DNA of 64,000 bases from a virus. Its lineage: Duplodnaviria; Caudoviricetes. Positions within the stretch are counted from its first letter, which is position 1. Each line of letters starts with the position of its first letter. Positions 8,327 to 18,381 of this stretch are shown in pieces. Location of the stretch: IMG/VR virus record IMGVR_UViG_3300023210_000001, positions 1,206 to 65,205 of that record; one strand, written 5' to 3'. The position numbers and the translations under genes are program-made. The notes beneath the pieces are model-generated. The model did not search any database and was not told the DNA's origin. It worked only from the letters and a program-made list of their open reading frames with translations.

Positions 8327-9433
8327 TTATCCCCTCCTCGATTGTCGTCCGAGAACGATCCTGGCGGCACTTTCGGAGATCTCTGCGAGTCTCGCTCGCT
8401 CTTCTCCGTTCAGTCGACAGAAGAACTTCGGTTGGCGGATCGTGCTGCTGAGGTTGAGCAGATTCGTCAACTGGTCGTCGTCGAAATCTGCGAGAAGTTT
8501 CATCCCGGTGATCTCGACCAGTTCGTTGAACTTCATTTTCGCCAACGATCTCGCCTCGTCGCAAACCTTGTCGACGATATTGTGGACATCTTCGATCTGA
8601 GACGGAGAAGACCAGAAGACGAATCGAGCGACTCGGAGATCCTCGCTCCTGATCTCGTCGTGTCCGACGAGCCAAGCCTGAGCCTGAGCCAGAGAGAGCC
8701 GAAGACCCATCGTCTTCATCCGTTTCCGTTGGTCGATCGAGATGTCGAGTTCGTCCATTTCACGGAAGAGCCGAAGAGCGGTCTCTTTCGCTTCCTCGGA
8801 GATCGGCACAGCGGCGATCTCTCGCCTTGCGGACACGATGTCCGACCGGGTGATCGTCTCGACGATCGGGTCCGGCTGAGTCGACCAGAGAGCCGTCGCC
8901 TTGCCGCTCTCCGTCACGATGTCTTTGACCAGTATTCGCATCTGGAGTCGGGAGTAAAACGCCGCATCGGCTTTGTCCGACGGGAGTTCGTTGCTCGCCG
9001 TCAACATCGACAACAGCGGAAGATCTCGGACGACTCCGTTCTCGGAGAACTGACGATCCGCCAACGGTTCGAGGAGAGCGGCTCTCGCTCCCTTCGTACC
9101 CTTGAACACTTCATCGACGAAGGCGATGTCGGCGTCCAGGAAAGTGTTCGGAGCCTCGTGGATCCTGATTCCCGATTCGAGGAATCGCTTCGGGTTGATA
9201 TCCCCGAGCAGATCCTTGTCGGTCGAGTATTGGTTGAGTTGACGGCTGAATTTCTCCATGTCGAGGTGCGACATGAAGTCTTTTATCACGGCTGACTTCG
9301 CACAACCGGGTTTCCCGATTGCGAGTAGGTCGGCTCCGGTGAGGATGCTGAGGACAATCGCATCGACCAGTTCGTCCCGCTCGACCCATCGAGCCTTGAC
9401 GCTTTCGGCGATCGCTTCCAGTTTCGCTTTCAT
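8327..9433 (-). CDS. MoxR/RavA-family AAA+ ATPase
   Basis: Walker A GKPGCAKS, AFVDEVFK, TASNELP, AFYSRL; start re-called at MKAKL after a hairpin and RBS. Confidence 0.9.
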   Translation of the reverse strand: MKAKLEAIAESVKARWVERDELVDAIVLSILTGADLLAIGKPGCAKSAVIKDFMSHLDMEKFSRQLNQYSTDKDLLGDINPKRFLESGIRIHEAPNTFLDADIAFVDEVFKGTKGARAALLEPLADRQFSENGVVRDLPLLSMLTASNELPSDKADAAFYSRLQMRILVKDIVTESGKATALWSTQPDPIVETITRSDIVSARREIAAVPISEEAKETALRLFREMDELDISIDQRKRMKTMGLRLSLAQAQAWLVGHDEIRSEDLRVARFVFWSSPSQIEDVHNIVDKVCDEARSLAKMKFNELVEITGMKLLADFDDDQLTNLLNLSSTIRQPKFFCRLNGEERARLAEISESAARIVLGRQSRRG

Positions 9434-9494
9434 GCTTCGTTCCTTTCGTTCCTTGTTGTTGCCGGGGAGGACGGTCCTCCCCGGCTTGGGTTTT

Positions 9495-9764
9495 TTAGTT
9501 CTGGACGAAGATTGATTCTTCACCCAGACGAAAGAGTTTCACTTCGACGATCATGTCGAGGTGCAAGAACGGTCCTTCGGCGTTTTCGATCAACCAGTAA
9601 TCTTGTCCGATTTTGGCGTACTCGGTGACGACTCCGGCGACCAACACGGTTCCGATTGTCGCTTTCGGATTGTCCCTCAACTGCTCTTCGGTCATGGCGA
9701 CATACGGATAAACATTTTGATCCGGCGTTCCCGGTACACGGTAATCGGAATATTTGTTCGACAT
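9495..9764 (-). CDS. small cassette protein
   Basis: ATG (MSNKY) follows cassette 3. Confidence 0.7.
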   Translation of the reverse strand: MSNKYSDYRVPGTPDQNVYPYVAMTEEQLRDNPKATIGTVLVAGVVTEYAKIGQDYWLIENAEGPFLHLDMIVEVKLFRLGEESIFVQN

Positions 9765-9792
9765 CGTTCTCTCTTTCGTTCCGTTTCTCTTC

Positions 9793-9854
9793 GAGGGAAG
9801 AACCTTTCCTCCCTCACATAAAAACAAGTATAGGACAAATCTGAGAAGGGTCAA
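9793..9854 (-). promoter_or_regulatory. repeated promoter-hairpin cassette 3
   Basis: TTGACC-16-TATACT plus hairpin. Confidence 0.85.
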
Positions 9855-9911
9855 CCCTGTTTCTGGTATTTCTCGAAAGTTATTTTCGACCTGTTTCTTC
9901 AGATCCCCGGA

Positions 9912-10008
9912 GGTGCGATGCAATTTTCTGAAATGAGAATTCGACCGGAAAGCGTTGTTCCTGTTGAACTTAGGCGACAATGGTCATTTCAGAAAATTGC
10001 ATCGCACC
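9912..10008. repeat. ~95-bp inverted-repeat element, copy 2
   Basis: Same arms and core as 5..101. Confidence 0.9.
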
Positions 10009-10073
10009 GTCGGGGATCCGGCGAAACGGTCCGGGGAGAGGATCGACTCCCCTCCCCGGCTGTCGAAATCGTG

Positions 10074-11135
10074 TCATTCTCCGGCGTTCGACGCTTCCCG
10101 GTCGAGTTTCGCCAGGAACTCTTGTACGGCCTCCGAGGACGACGGGTTCGATGTCGACGACTCCTCGGTCGACTCCTCCGCCGCTTCTGTCTCCGTCTCT
10201 TCTTGGGCTTCTGAGGAGACTTCCTCCAGACTCTCGGAGACGACCTGTTCGACAAAGTTGTCGAGACGATCGAGGTCGTCCTTGATCGCCTGAACCGCCG
10301 GACCGAGCAGAGCCTCGTACGATAAGGCGAATTTCCGCAGTTCCTTCACCTCGTCGAGTCTTTTCAGACTCGCTCCTTTTTGCTTCTTCGTCGGGGAATC
10401 GAAGAACTTTTTGATCTCCTTTTGTAGCGATTCGATCTCGGCGAGCATCGAGTCGTTGAAAGCCGCCGAGACATTCGCCGTCGCTGCGTCTCCTCCGAGA
10501 ATCGGCAGAAGCATCAAGTGTCCCTGCGTCAGTCTTGAGATCACGACAGACAAACCGTCCGCCTCGGACTGAGCGATCGGATCGCTCGGTACAAAGTAGG
10601 ATCCACCGCCTCGGCGTGTCGAGAATCCGCTCCTCGACTTGCTCCATCTCGTGAGCATTCTTCGGAGATCCGCCGCTCCGAGCATCTGCGTCATTCCCGT
10701 GGATATCTCTTTTTTCAGTTCGGCTTCATTCGATCGTACCTCCCCGTCGATCAGAGCCACCCATCCTTCGTTGTCCAAACTGAACGATCTCGCCGTCCCG
10801 TCCGGATCGACGCTGACGAGTCCGTAACAAACGGAGCCGGGTTGGTCGATCTTGATCTTCCTGAACTCCCGGATCGCCCCTCCAGGACGACGACGACGAG
10901 CGTTGAAGTTCTGGATCGTTCGAGTGAACGATTTACGGATTGTCACAGGTTTCGGCAACAGTTCGTCGATCGTTGCGAGACTGATTCCTTCGCTCTTCAT
11001 AGCGTCGAAGAGCAAGTCGGATGATATCTCCGATCGTTGCGGGATCATCCACTGCACGAGCGTTCCGATCACTTTCACTCCAGCCGCTTCCGCATCGGCG
11101 ATCGACTCTTTCACCGAAGATAGATTCGTGGTCAT
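10074..11135 (-). CDS. conserved hypothetical protein (DUF6744-like), next to the AAA/vWA pair
   Basis: G.LV.W, R.GGGSYFVP, coiled-coil C-terminus; family assignment is from recall of the motif. Confidence 0.55.
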   Translation of the reverse strand: MTTNLSSVKESIADAEAAGVKVIGTLVQWMIPQRSEISSDLLFDAMKSEGISLATIDELLPKPVTIRKSFTRTIQNFNARRRRPGGAIREFRKIKIDQPGSVCYGLVSVDPDGTARSFSLDNEGWVALIDGEVRSNEAELKKEISTGMTQMLGAADLRRMLTRWSKSRSGFSTRRGGGSYFVPSDPIAQSEADGLSVVISRLTQGHLMLLPILGGDAATANVSAAFNDSMLAEIESLQKEIKKFFDSPTKKQKGASLKRLDEVKELRKFALSYEALLGPAVQAIKDDLDRLDNFVEQVVSESLEEVSSEAQEETETEAAEESTEESSTSNPSSSEAVQEFLAKLDREASNAGE

Positions 11136-11199
11136 GTTATTTCCGTTTCCGTTTGAAACCGGGAGGGATCGACCCTCCCGGTTTGGGTTTTTGATTTGA

Positions 11200-11457
11200 T
11201 TAGACTGCGATCGCAATCGCTAGGCCATCGGTGGTGCTGAGACTTGCGTACTCAGCAGAAGTATCGTTCATGCTGGGGAAGTTCACTTGGACCTTCACAC
11301 CTTGGATCATCTTCTCTACGACGATCAGGAAGCGATACGCTGGGCGATTCATTTCTCCGAAGGTCTTTCGGATTTCCTGCAAACTTTCGATCGTTCCGTC
11401 TTCCAACTTCATTCCCTTGGTTCCCGTTCCGAGCGTTGGTTGGTTGTTGTTTTCCAT
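11200..11457 (-). CDS. small cassette protein, paralog of 19614..19874
   Basis: LQEIR.TFGEM.RP.YRFLIV..FPSM.DTS.EYASL is shared. Confidence 0.8.
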   Translation of the reverse strand: MENNNQPTLGTGTKGMKLEDGTIESLQEIRKTFGEMNRPAYRFLIVVEKMIQGVKVQVNFPSMNDTSAEYASLSTTDGLAIAIAV

Positions 11458-11489
11458 TTTCGTTCCTTCTTTCGTTTCGTTTTCTCTTC

Positions 11490-11551
11490 GAGGGAAGAAC
11501 CTTTCCTCCCTCTCATAAAAACAAGTATAGGACAAATCTGAGACGGAACAA
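11490..11551 (-). promoter_or_regulatory. repeated promoter-hairpin cassette 4
   Basis: TTGTTC-16-TATACT plus hairpin. Confidence 0.8.
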
Positions 11552-11579
11552 CCCTATTTCAAGATTAGTTTGAAAATAG

Positions 11580-12116
11580 TTATACTGCTCGATCCTGATA
11601 CGCATTCGCCATATTGAGCGGTTCTAGCACTTCCTCGAAAAACTCGAAGTAGGGTTTCTTCTTCCCCATCGTCGCTCGATCGTAATATCCCGACGGCGAC
11701 ATCGCCGTGTCTGCGATGTGTTTCGACAAGGAATCGAGACTCACGATGTAATCGACACGCTCGTCGATATCGTGAATGAACAAAAGCACCGGATACCATT
11801 TCTGCCAGTGTTCGTACAACGGAATCTTTTTCGCATGAAGCCGGAACCCGTTTCCGTTGTGTCTTGCGAATCCTTTCGCTTCGAGCCAATTCCACCTTCC
11901 GCTCGGTGGATAGATGATGAAATCAGGAGCCGCTCGAAGAGTCGACGAGATCTTCCAGACCGGGAAGATCGACGACGACGGATCGCCGAGTTCGTTGAAA
12001 CCGAACTGCCCGAAACCGATTCCCTTTCGTTCGCAATATTCTCTGGCTCTTCGTTCGGCGATGTTTCCGCCCGCTCGATTGCCTTTTGCTTGTCGCTCGG
12101 CGTGGTTATCAATCAA
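11580..12116 (-). CDS. putative PD-(D/E)xK nuclease
   Basis: G..AE, APDF, WLEAKG. Confidence 0.6.
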   Translation of the reverse strand: MIDNHAERQAKGNRAGGNIAERRAREYCERKGIGFGQFGFNELGDPSSSIFPVWKISSTLRAAPDFIIYPPSGRWNWLEAKGFARHNGNGFRLHAKKIPLYEHWQKWYPVLLFIHDIDERVDYIVSLDSLSKHIADTAMSPSGYYDRATMGKKKPYFEFFEEVLEPLNMANAYQDRAV

Positions 12117-13443
12117 AGATGTTTCCTGTCGGTACGAGTTTCTTTGCCTTGGGTTCCGCCTGAATGTCCGAGTTCGACTTCTCCGTTTTGAGTTTCTCGA
12201 TGAACGATTCCGTCATCCGAAATCCTCGACCGTTGTTTCTGATCGCTCTACCGAGCAAGAGTTTCGAAAACGCCACCGACCCGGCGTCGGGATCCTGGAA
12301 GATATCTTTCAACACGCCTTTCGTGATGATCGACATATTCATCAACGCCAGCATCCCTTTTTTCCCGAGAGCCTCGCAAACCTCCGTTACTTCTTCTCCG
12401 AGATTTCCGCCCTTGCGTTGCTCGCTGTATTGGAGATAGCCGACCGCCTCGCTTTCGTAGAGGTCGTACAACCAACGGCAAACGACCTGGACATGAGCGG
12501 GTCGAACGATGATGGTCTCGCCCTTTTCGTCGGTGCTGTACAACCGAGCGGCCAAAGCGATAGCCATCCTTGCGATCTTGATTCGCATCTCGGTCTCGAC
12601 GACCAGCGGGATCGACTCGTTGAAATCTTCCGAGAAGACCTGAGAATACGAAAGAATCGCATCTTCCGTCTCTCTTGAGATCACGACCTGTTCCGGTTTC
12701 CGAGACCACGCCCACATGACGAGATCTCGACAAAGCCCTTTCGTGTAGCGGTGCGGGACTTTCGTCTTCTTGTCGCTTCGAACATACAAAGAAGCGATGT
12801 CGATCGACTTTCTTCCGACGATCAAAGCGGCGTCGAATCTGGCGATGTCCTCCGGTTTCCCGATCACCTCCGGAATCGTTTCGCATCCGAAGGAATATTC
12901 GCCGACTTTTCTGCCGGATCGTGGATTTGCGATCCAGATCAATCGGATCCGACAAAGAATCCGACCCGTGACGATCTTGATGATGTCGAAATGTCCGCTC
13001 GAACGGACTCCAGACATCTTCCCGACGATCTCCTCGTGCAGTTCGTTCGCCTCGTCGATCGTGACGAGTTGTCTGTGAGACAACGGAAGTCGTCCGCACT
13101 TCACGAAGCGGTTCCCGTTGCTGCTCTCGTCGACGCCTCCCAGGAGTCCAGCCAGGGTACAAGATTCGCCTTGTATGAAGTCGCCCCTCTGGTAGTGCTT
13201 CATCAAGGCTTTGATTGTCGCCGATTTCCCCGTTCTCGTGTCGCCGACGATCAATACTTCCAACATCCCTTTTTCGACGAGTCGATCCTGGAAGATGAAT
13301 GAATCCGCCGAATGATAACAAAGATCGATGGCGTAAATCAGTTCCCGAGGAACTTTGATTCCGACGACATTGGCTTCAAAATCGTCGTGTATTTCTTTGA
13401 TCTTCGATTCGATCAAGGAAACTTCCGAGGTCAGGTCGTCCAT
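12109..13443 (-). CDS. MCM-like AAA+ replicative helicase core
   Basis: VLIVGDTRTGKS, T.AGLLGG, IDEANEL, IANP..G, IARFD; has its own GGGGG SD upstream of the ATG. Confidence 0.85.
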   Translation of the reverse strand: MDDLTSEVSLIESKIKEIHDDFEANVVGIKVPRELIYAIDLCYHSADSFIFQDRLVEKGMLEVLIVGDTRTGKSATIKALMKHYQRGDFIQGESCTLAGLLGGVDESSNGNRFVKCGRLPLSHRQLVTIDEANELHEEIVGKMSGVRSSGHFDIIKIVTGRILCRIRLIWIANPRSGRKVGEYSFGCETIPEVIGKPEDIARFDAALIVGRKSIDIASLYVRSDKKTKVPHRYTKGLCRDLVMWAWSRKPEQVVISRETEDAILSYSQVFSEDFNESIPLVVETEMRIKIARMAIALAARLYSTDEKGETIIVRPAHVQVVCRWLYDLYESEAVGYLQYSEQRKGGNLGEEVTEVCEALGKKGMLALMNMSIITKGVLKDIFQDPDAGSVAFSKLLLGRAIRNNGRGFRMTESFIEKLKTEKSNSDIQAEPKAKKLVPTGNIFD

Positions 13444-13617
13444 ATTTTTTCCCCCACTCTCGTTCGATGCTTTCTCGTATTTTTTCGTCCGGTATTTGCT
13501 CGACGGCGATGACGATCAATCGAAGCATCTCCTGAAACGCATTCCAGGTCAGTTCGACTTCGACTTCGCTTCCGTCTCGATTTTCCAAACACATCATGAT
13601 CCCTTTTTCCCAGAGCA

Positions 13618-13860
13618 TCAGGCTTGGCGATTTTTTCTGACTTTCTGTCGGATCTGGACGCATTTGCTCCTCAATTCTATTTTGCTTCTCTTTATTTTCT
13701 CGTGGTTCGAACAATCCGATTTGTGCGGACACATCGAACAAGTGTTCTCGATAATCGAAACGAGATCGAATCCGGTCAACAAATGGAGACGAGATTTCAC
13801 CGCCTCGGCGAGCGGAACATTTTTCAAACCGTTGAGTCCGCAATCCACCGTGTCCGTCAA
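13618..13860 (-). CDS. small Cys/His-rich protein between the primase and MCM genes
   Basis: GGAGGG SD then TTG; CSMCPHKSDCSNH. Confidence 0.5.
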   Translation of the reverse strand: MTDTVDCGLNGLKNVPLAEAVKSRLHLLTGFDLVSIIENTCSMCPHKSDCSNHEKIKRSKIELRSKCVQIRQKVRKNRQA

Positions 13861-13903
13861 CAAATCCCTCCACGGGAGAGAATAATATACATCGGGTTCT
13901 TGC

Positions 13904-15532
13904 TTAAGTTTGGAAGATACGCAGTCTCTTTTTTCCCTCTTCGGAGAGTTCGAATCCATCAACAGTCCTTTCGATATCTTCGTGTCTGGTGAAAACATGA
14001 GTGTTTGCTTGGTCCCACGGTTGAGGAATCGTCACGCCTTCGAACTGATACGGCTGGTTGATCCGATACTGTTTCCCGTTGTTGCAAGCGAAGACGGTTC
14101 GTTGTTGGAAACCGACGCTCTCGTCGTTCGAGTTTTCCTCGTGATACGGTCCGACGACGAGTTCGTAAATGCTTTCGATCGTCGACCGAACTTCGTTCAC
14201 TTCGAACTCGTCGCAGAGAAATCCGCAAACTTTCTTCAACTCTTTTTGAAGCGATCCGTCCGGTTTCCGAATCTGCTTGAGCAACTCTTTTTCGGTCAAA
14301 CGATCGTTCTCGCCGTTCGGGTATGCTCCGTGGCCCTGCGAGAGCGGACAGAGCGTACAGATCGGCTTCGATCCGGACGCCGCACAATCCGCTGCGACCC
14401 GACTGTAAGCGGCGTATGGCCGCTCCCTGGTCCCCATGACCATCGCCTTCAACTTGATCTTCGCTCCGATATTCGTCGAGTTGATCGCCTCGGCGAAATC
14501 GACTTCTCTTGCGTGAGTGTGTCGAACCGAGTTCGACGGTTGGAAATCCTGAGCCTTTTCAGCGGCGATCAACAATTTCGCCGTCGATTCTCCGCCGTGT
14601 TCAACGACGGCATCGGTCAAATCCGTCCCGCCCTTGAACACGGAATCGAAGTCGAGGATCTTGATCTGTTGCGTGAACTTCCGGAGCGACTGTGCGACCT
14701 TCTTCGCTCCCTTCGAACCAGCCTCGTCGTTGTCATACAGAATCGTGATCTCTTTTCCCTGGAGACGGTGTAGGTCGCTCGGACAGTTGCCCGCTCCTCC
14801 CGTGAAGGTGACGGCACTCAAACCGATCGACAAAGCGGCGAGAGCGTCGCTCTCACCCTCGACGACGAACAGTTTGTCGGACGATTCTCCGAGAACGGAA
14901 TCCGGGAAGATCCGTACCTCGTTGCGACCCTTGACTCCTCTTATTTTCATTGCGTCAGGGTGCCAAGGGTCGACGCCTTTCGGCGAATAATATCGGACAT
15001 TGACCAACTCTCCCTCGACCTCGATCGGGATCAGGAAATGCTTCCGGTCGTCCGATATCCCGATGCGATGTTTTCTGATCGTTTCGGTCGACCATCCTCG
15101 TTTCTTTTCCAGATATTCGAGAGCGTCGAAATCCGACTGGAGTCGCACCGTCGCCTCCGTGATCTCTTCCGGTTTCGGCAACTCTCCGGAAGCGTTGACT
15201 GTTCGTCGTCGATTCGAAGAACGGATCTCGAAATCGGGCAAGATCGAATTGACGACCTTCATCGCTTCGTTCTTGTGATCTCGATTCCCTGGATCGTAAC
15301 TTCCGACCTTCATCATCCCGGCGAAATCGATGGCGTTCCCGGCCTTGTGACAACCAAGACATTTCCATCCGCCGGAATCCTGATTGAAACCGAACGACGG
15401 CGATTTGTGTCCGGCGGACTTCCCGCCGATCTCGTGAAACGGACAGAACGCTCCGTGCCAACCTGCATCGCCGACTTTCTTCGACGGTTCAGGGAGAAAC
15501 CGTTCGAACAGCGGAGAATAGTCCGCAACCAT
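13904..15532 (-). CDS. DNA primase (CHC2 zinc finger + TOPRIM) fused to an MCM N-terminal-like region
   Basis: CPFHE..SPSF..WKCLGC..GNAIDF; VVEGESDAL; ILYDNDEAG; later C..C..C motif; ATG overlaps the upstream TAA. Confidence 0.88.
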   Translation of the reverse strand: MVADYSPLFERFLPEPSKKVGDAGWHGAFCPFHEIGGKSAGHKSPSFGFNQDSGGWKCLGCHKAGNAIDFAGMMKVGSYDPGNRDHKNEAMKVVNSILPDFEIRSSNRRRTVNASGELPKPEEITEATVRLQSDFDALEYLEKKRGWSTETIRKHRIGISDDRKHFLIPIEVEGELVNVRYYSPKGVDPWHPDAMKIRGVKGRNEVRIFPDSVLGESSDKLFVVEGESDALAALSIGLSAVTFTGGAGNCPSDLHRLQGKEITILYDNDEAGSKGAKKVAQSLRKFTQQIKILDFDSVFKGGTDLTDAVVEHGGESTAKLLIAAEKAQDFQPSNSVRHTHAREVDFAEAINSTNIGAKIKLKAMVMGTRERPYAAYSRVAADCAASGSKPICTLCPLSQGHGAYPNGENDRLTEKELLKQIRKPDGSLQKELKKVCGFLCDEFEVNEVRSTIESIYELVVGPYHEENSNDESVGFQQRTVFACNNGKQYRINQPYQFEGVTIPQPWDQANTHVFTRHEDIERTVDGFELSEEGKKRLRIFQT

Positions 15533-16338
15533 TAAAACGGAACTTCGGATGTACCGAGCGACCCGTCGACGACTGGTTCGGAAGAGATCGTCGCCTTCGC
15601 TTTCTGGTGTTCTTCTCGGATTTTGTCGGCTGCGATTTTCGACGCTTCGAACAGTTCCGACCATCGTTTTTCGTCGAACTTGTTCAACGGCATTTCGAGT
15701 CGGTTGTTCTCGTCGTGGTTCACGAAATCGAAGATCCAGTAGCGATTGCCGTTCGACTCTTCGATCTTCGAAGAGAGGTTGAAGACATATCCGAACGGCA
15801 CATTTTTCAGATGTTGTAGTCTACCGAGAAGGATCCGACCCGCTTTCAACGAGGTCTTCCCCATCGAACAGACTGCGATGTTCTCGCCTTCAGGTTTCCC
15901 AGGGACAAGGAAAGCGAAGTTGTGTTGCTCGATACAGTTCGGCGGAATATTTCGATCGTTCAACGGATCTTTCGTCCATTGTCCTTTGTCGCAAGTGGCA
16001 CAGGTTCCGCCCGGAAGCCCTTGTCCGATTTTCGCATCAATGCTTCGACAAATCACCGTCGTCGATCCGGTGTCTCTCGGCGGAAACAATGTCCGCCCTT
16101 TCCAGTAGTACAAAGGGATCACCGGGAACGGTTTTCCCGCCGGAGCGTAAGCCTCATCCGTCGTGTTGAGGATGATCTGTCCAGGTTTGACATCTCCGGT
16201 TTCGACCAGTTCGCTCAAAGCGTGAACGAGCATCATTCGTGGTGCTTTTTCTCCGTCTTGGTCTCCGGCGTTTTCCAGATATCCGCCGTCGCTTTCCGCT
16301 GCGAGCATCAACTCGAACGCATCTTCTTTCTTCGTCAT
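15532..16338 (-). CDS. putative ssDNA-binding/replication protein
   Basis: CRS.D..G...C..C...W...C motif and an acidic C-terminus ending EVPF. Confidence 0.55.
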   Translation of the reverse strand: MTKKEDAFELMLAAESDGGYLENAGDQDGEKAPRMMLVHALSELVETGDVKPGQIILNTTDEAYAPAGKPFPVIPLYYWKGRTLFPPRDTGSTTVICRSIDAKIGQGLPGGTCATCDKGQWTKDPLNDRNIPPNCIEQHNFAFLVPGKPEGENIAVCSMGKTSLKAGRILLGRLQHLKNVPFGYVFNLSSKIEESNGNRYWIFDFVNHDENNRLEMPLNKFDEKRWSELFEASKIAADKIREEHQKAKATISSEPVVDGSLGTSEVPF

Positions 16339-16339
16339 T

Positions 16340-16756
16340 TTATTCCTTTCTTAATCGTACTTCTTGGAACTGCTCCACCGACACACCATCGGGAAGACTC
16401 GCCTCTTCGTCTTTGAGTAACTCCCGGCAAGCGGAAGTGATCTTCTGAGAACTCCACATCTTGAAACCGTTGATCGAACCTTCGCCGTGAACAAGGGTCG
16501 ACCACTTCTCGAACGCATCGGCGTCCGAGACCTTCGCCCTCGTCACCGGGAATTGAAAAGCCGTGAAAGTTCCGTTCCCGTCCGTTTCAAACTTGAGATT
16601 CTGAATATCGTTTTCCTCCATCAACGACAATGCTTCTCTCTGATGTCCTCGATACTCCTCGTTGAGTTGTTTCAACGCTGCGTTCGCTGCGTCGATCTTC
16701 GTTTTCGTGTCGGCCATTTTTCGCATCGGCCCCGCCAGACTGTTGTTCGAATTCAC
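16340..16756 (-). CDS. hypothetical coiled-coil replication-module protein
   Basis: GTG start after TATAAT, a hairpin and an A-rich AAGGA leader. Confidence 0.6.
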   Translation of the reverse strand: MNSNNSLAGPMRKMADTKTKIDAANAALKQLNEEYRGHQREALSLMEENDIQNLKFETDGNGTFTAFQFPVTRAKVSDADAFEKWSTLVHGEGSINGFKMWSSQKITSACRELLKDEEASLPDGVSVEQFQEVRLRKE

Positions 16757-16847
16757 TTCGTTCCTTTCTTTCGTTCTTTCGTTTTCTCCGAAGTGGACGG
16801 GAGCCGGAACGCCGTTCCGACCCCCGCCCGGAGGAGGTGTTTCGTTA

Positions 16848-18272
16848 TTATACCCCGGAACAATAAACAACTTTTTCCAGTTCCGCCCGAGTCATTTTTT
16901 GAGCCATTGACTTCTTTTTCCCGAGAACCTCGGAAATGCTTTCGTCGACCGAATCTCTCATGACGAGATCGATGTATCGGACTGCGTTCTTCGTGCCGAT
17001 CCGGTGGTTCCGATCCTCCGCTTGCATTCGGTCTTCCGCCGAGAATCCCTGCGAGTAGAAGATCGCCGTCTCCGCCGCCGTCATGGTCAAGCCGTACTGA
17101 GCGACGCCCGCCTGAGCGACGACGACCTTGATCTCGTTCGCCTGAAGTGCCCTCACCGACTCCGCTCGCTCGGCGGTGTCTTCGTTTCCGGTGATCCTAC
17201 CGAACGACACGCCAGCGTCGTCGAGTGCTTTACAAATGTTGTCGAGGTCTTTTTTGAAACAAGCCCAAACGATCAACTGTCCCGGCGTGTCCTCGACGAT
17301 TCCCAACATCGTCGAAATCTTCTCCGGCTTCGGCGTGATCTCCTTCGCTTTCGGATCAGGACTTTCGGAGTTTCTCTCGTAAACGAAACCGCCGCAAACC
17401 TGACGGAGTTTCGCCAGTTTCGCCAGAGCGTTACCGACGACGACGACGCTTCCGTCTTCGAGTTCGGAGATTAGATCTCGACCGAGTTCCTTGTACAACT
17501 TTCGGCTCGACGGAGACCAGTCGACCTTGACCCTCTGATAAATCTTGTCAGGCAGATCGAGGCACTGTTTCTTCGTGTGACGGATCGAGACTTCGAACAT
17601 CTTTTTCGTTATTTCGTCGAGATGTTGATACCCGGAAACGACGCTGAACGATCTTCCGGAGAAGTGTTTTTTCTCCATCACGGCGTAGCGATTTCTGAAA
17701 GCGAAGAATTTGTCTCCGAACAATCTCGGTTCGACGAACTTGAACTGAGAAAACGCATCGAGCGGCGACTGAGTGATCGGCGTTCCCGTGAGTCCGATTC
17801 GAATCGGATCGAAGTTTCCGCCAGGTCTTGAAAAGTCGTGCATGGCCTTGCTCTGTTTCGCCGTCGGATTCTTGATCCGAGTCATTTCGTCGGCGACCAC
17901 GACAGACCAGTCTTTTCCGCCAGCGAGGACATTGCTCTTTTTCCTGACCGCCCGAAGCCCTTCGTAGTTGATTAGATACCAGCCGGGTTTGAACCGTTTC
18001 ACGGATTCGAGCCGTTTGTGCATCGTTCCGCCTCGCAAGACGAAATGATCGTGGTGGTCGGCGAACTTCATGATCTCTTCCTTCCACACATTGATGAGCG
18101 TGGCCGGACAGACGACGAGAACTCGGAAATCCCGAAACGGGAACTTACGGTTGACGAACTCGATCACCGATCGGGTCTTCCCTGTTCCTTGTTCGGAGAG
18201 GACGGCGGCGTTCTTCCGTTGCATGAGGAACTCGACCGTCTCTTCCTGGTGAGCGTAGAGCGGCGGTCTCAT
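16848..18272 (-). CDS. SNF2-family helicase
   Basis: EQGTGKT, VVCPA, INYE, VVADE..RIKN, LTGTP, GLTMTAA, QAEDRNHRIG. Confidence 0.93.
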   Translation of the reverse strand: MRPPLYAHQEETVEFLMQRKNAAVLSEQGTGKTRSVIEFVNRKFPFRDFRVLVVCPATLINVWKEEIMKFADHHDHFVLRGGTMHKRLESVKRFKPGWYLINYEGLRAVRKKSNVLAGGKDWSVVVADEMTRIKNPTAKQSKAMHDFSRPGGNFDPIRIGLTGTPITQSPLDAFSQFKFVEPRLFGDKFFAFRNRYAVMEKKHFSGRSFSVVSGYQHLDEITKKMFEVSIRHTKKQCLDLPDKIYQRVKVDWSPSSRKLYKELGRDLISELEDGSVVVVGNALAKLAKLRQVCGGFVYERNSESPDPKAKEITPKPEKISTMLGIVEDTPGQLIVWACFKKDLDNICKALDDAGVSFGRITGNEDTAERAESVRALQANEIKVVVAQAGVAQYGLTMTAAETAIFYSQGFSAEDRMQAEDRNHRIGTKNAVRYIDLVMRDSVDESISEVLGKKKSMAQKMTRAELEKVVYCSGV

Positions 18273-18381
18273 TTGTCACCTCGCTTCTTGCGGAGCGTTT
18301 CGGCGACATGCTGTCGCCACTCCCGGATGAAGTGGTCGAGCAATTTCCGCTTCCGCTTCTTCCGCCCTTTGTCTTTGTTTT

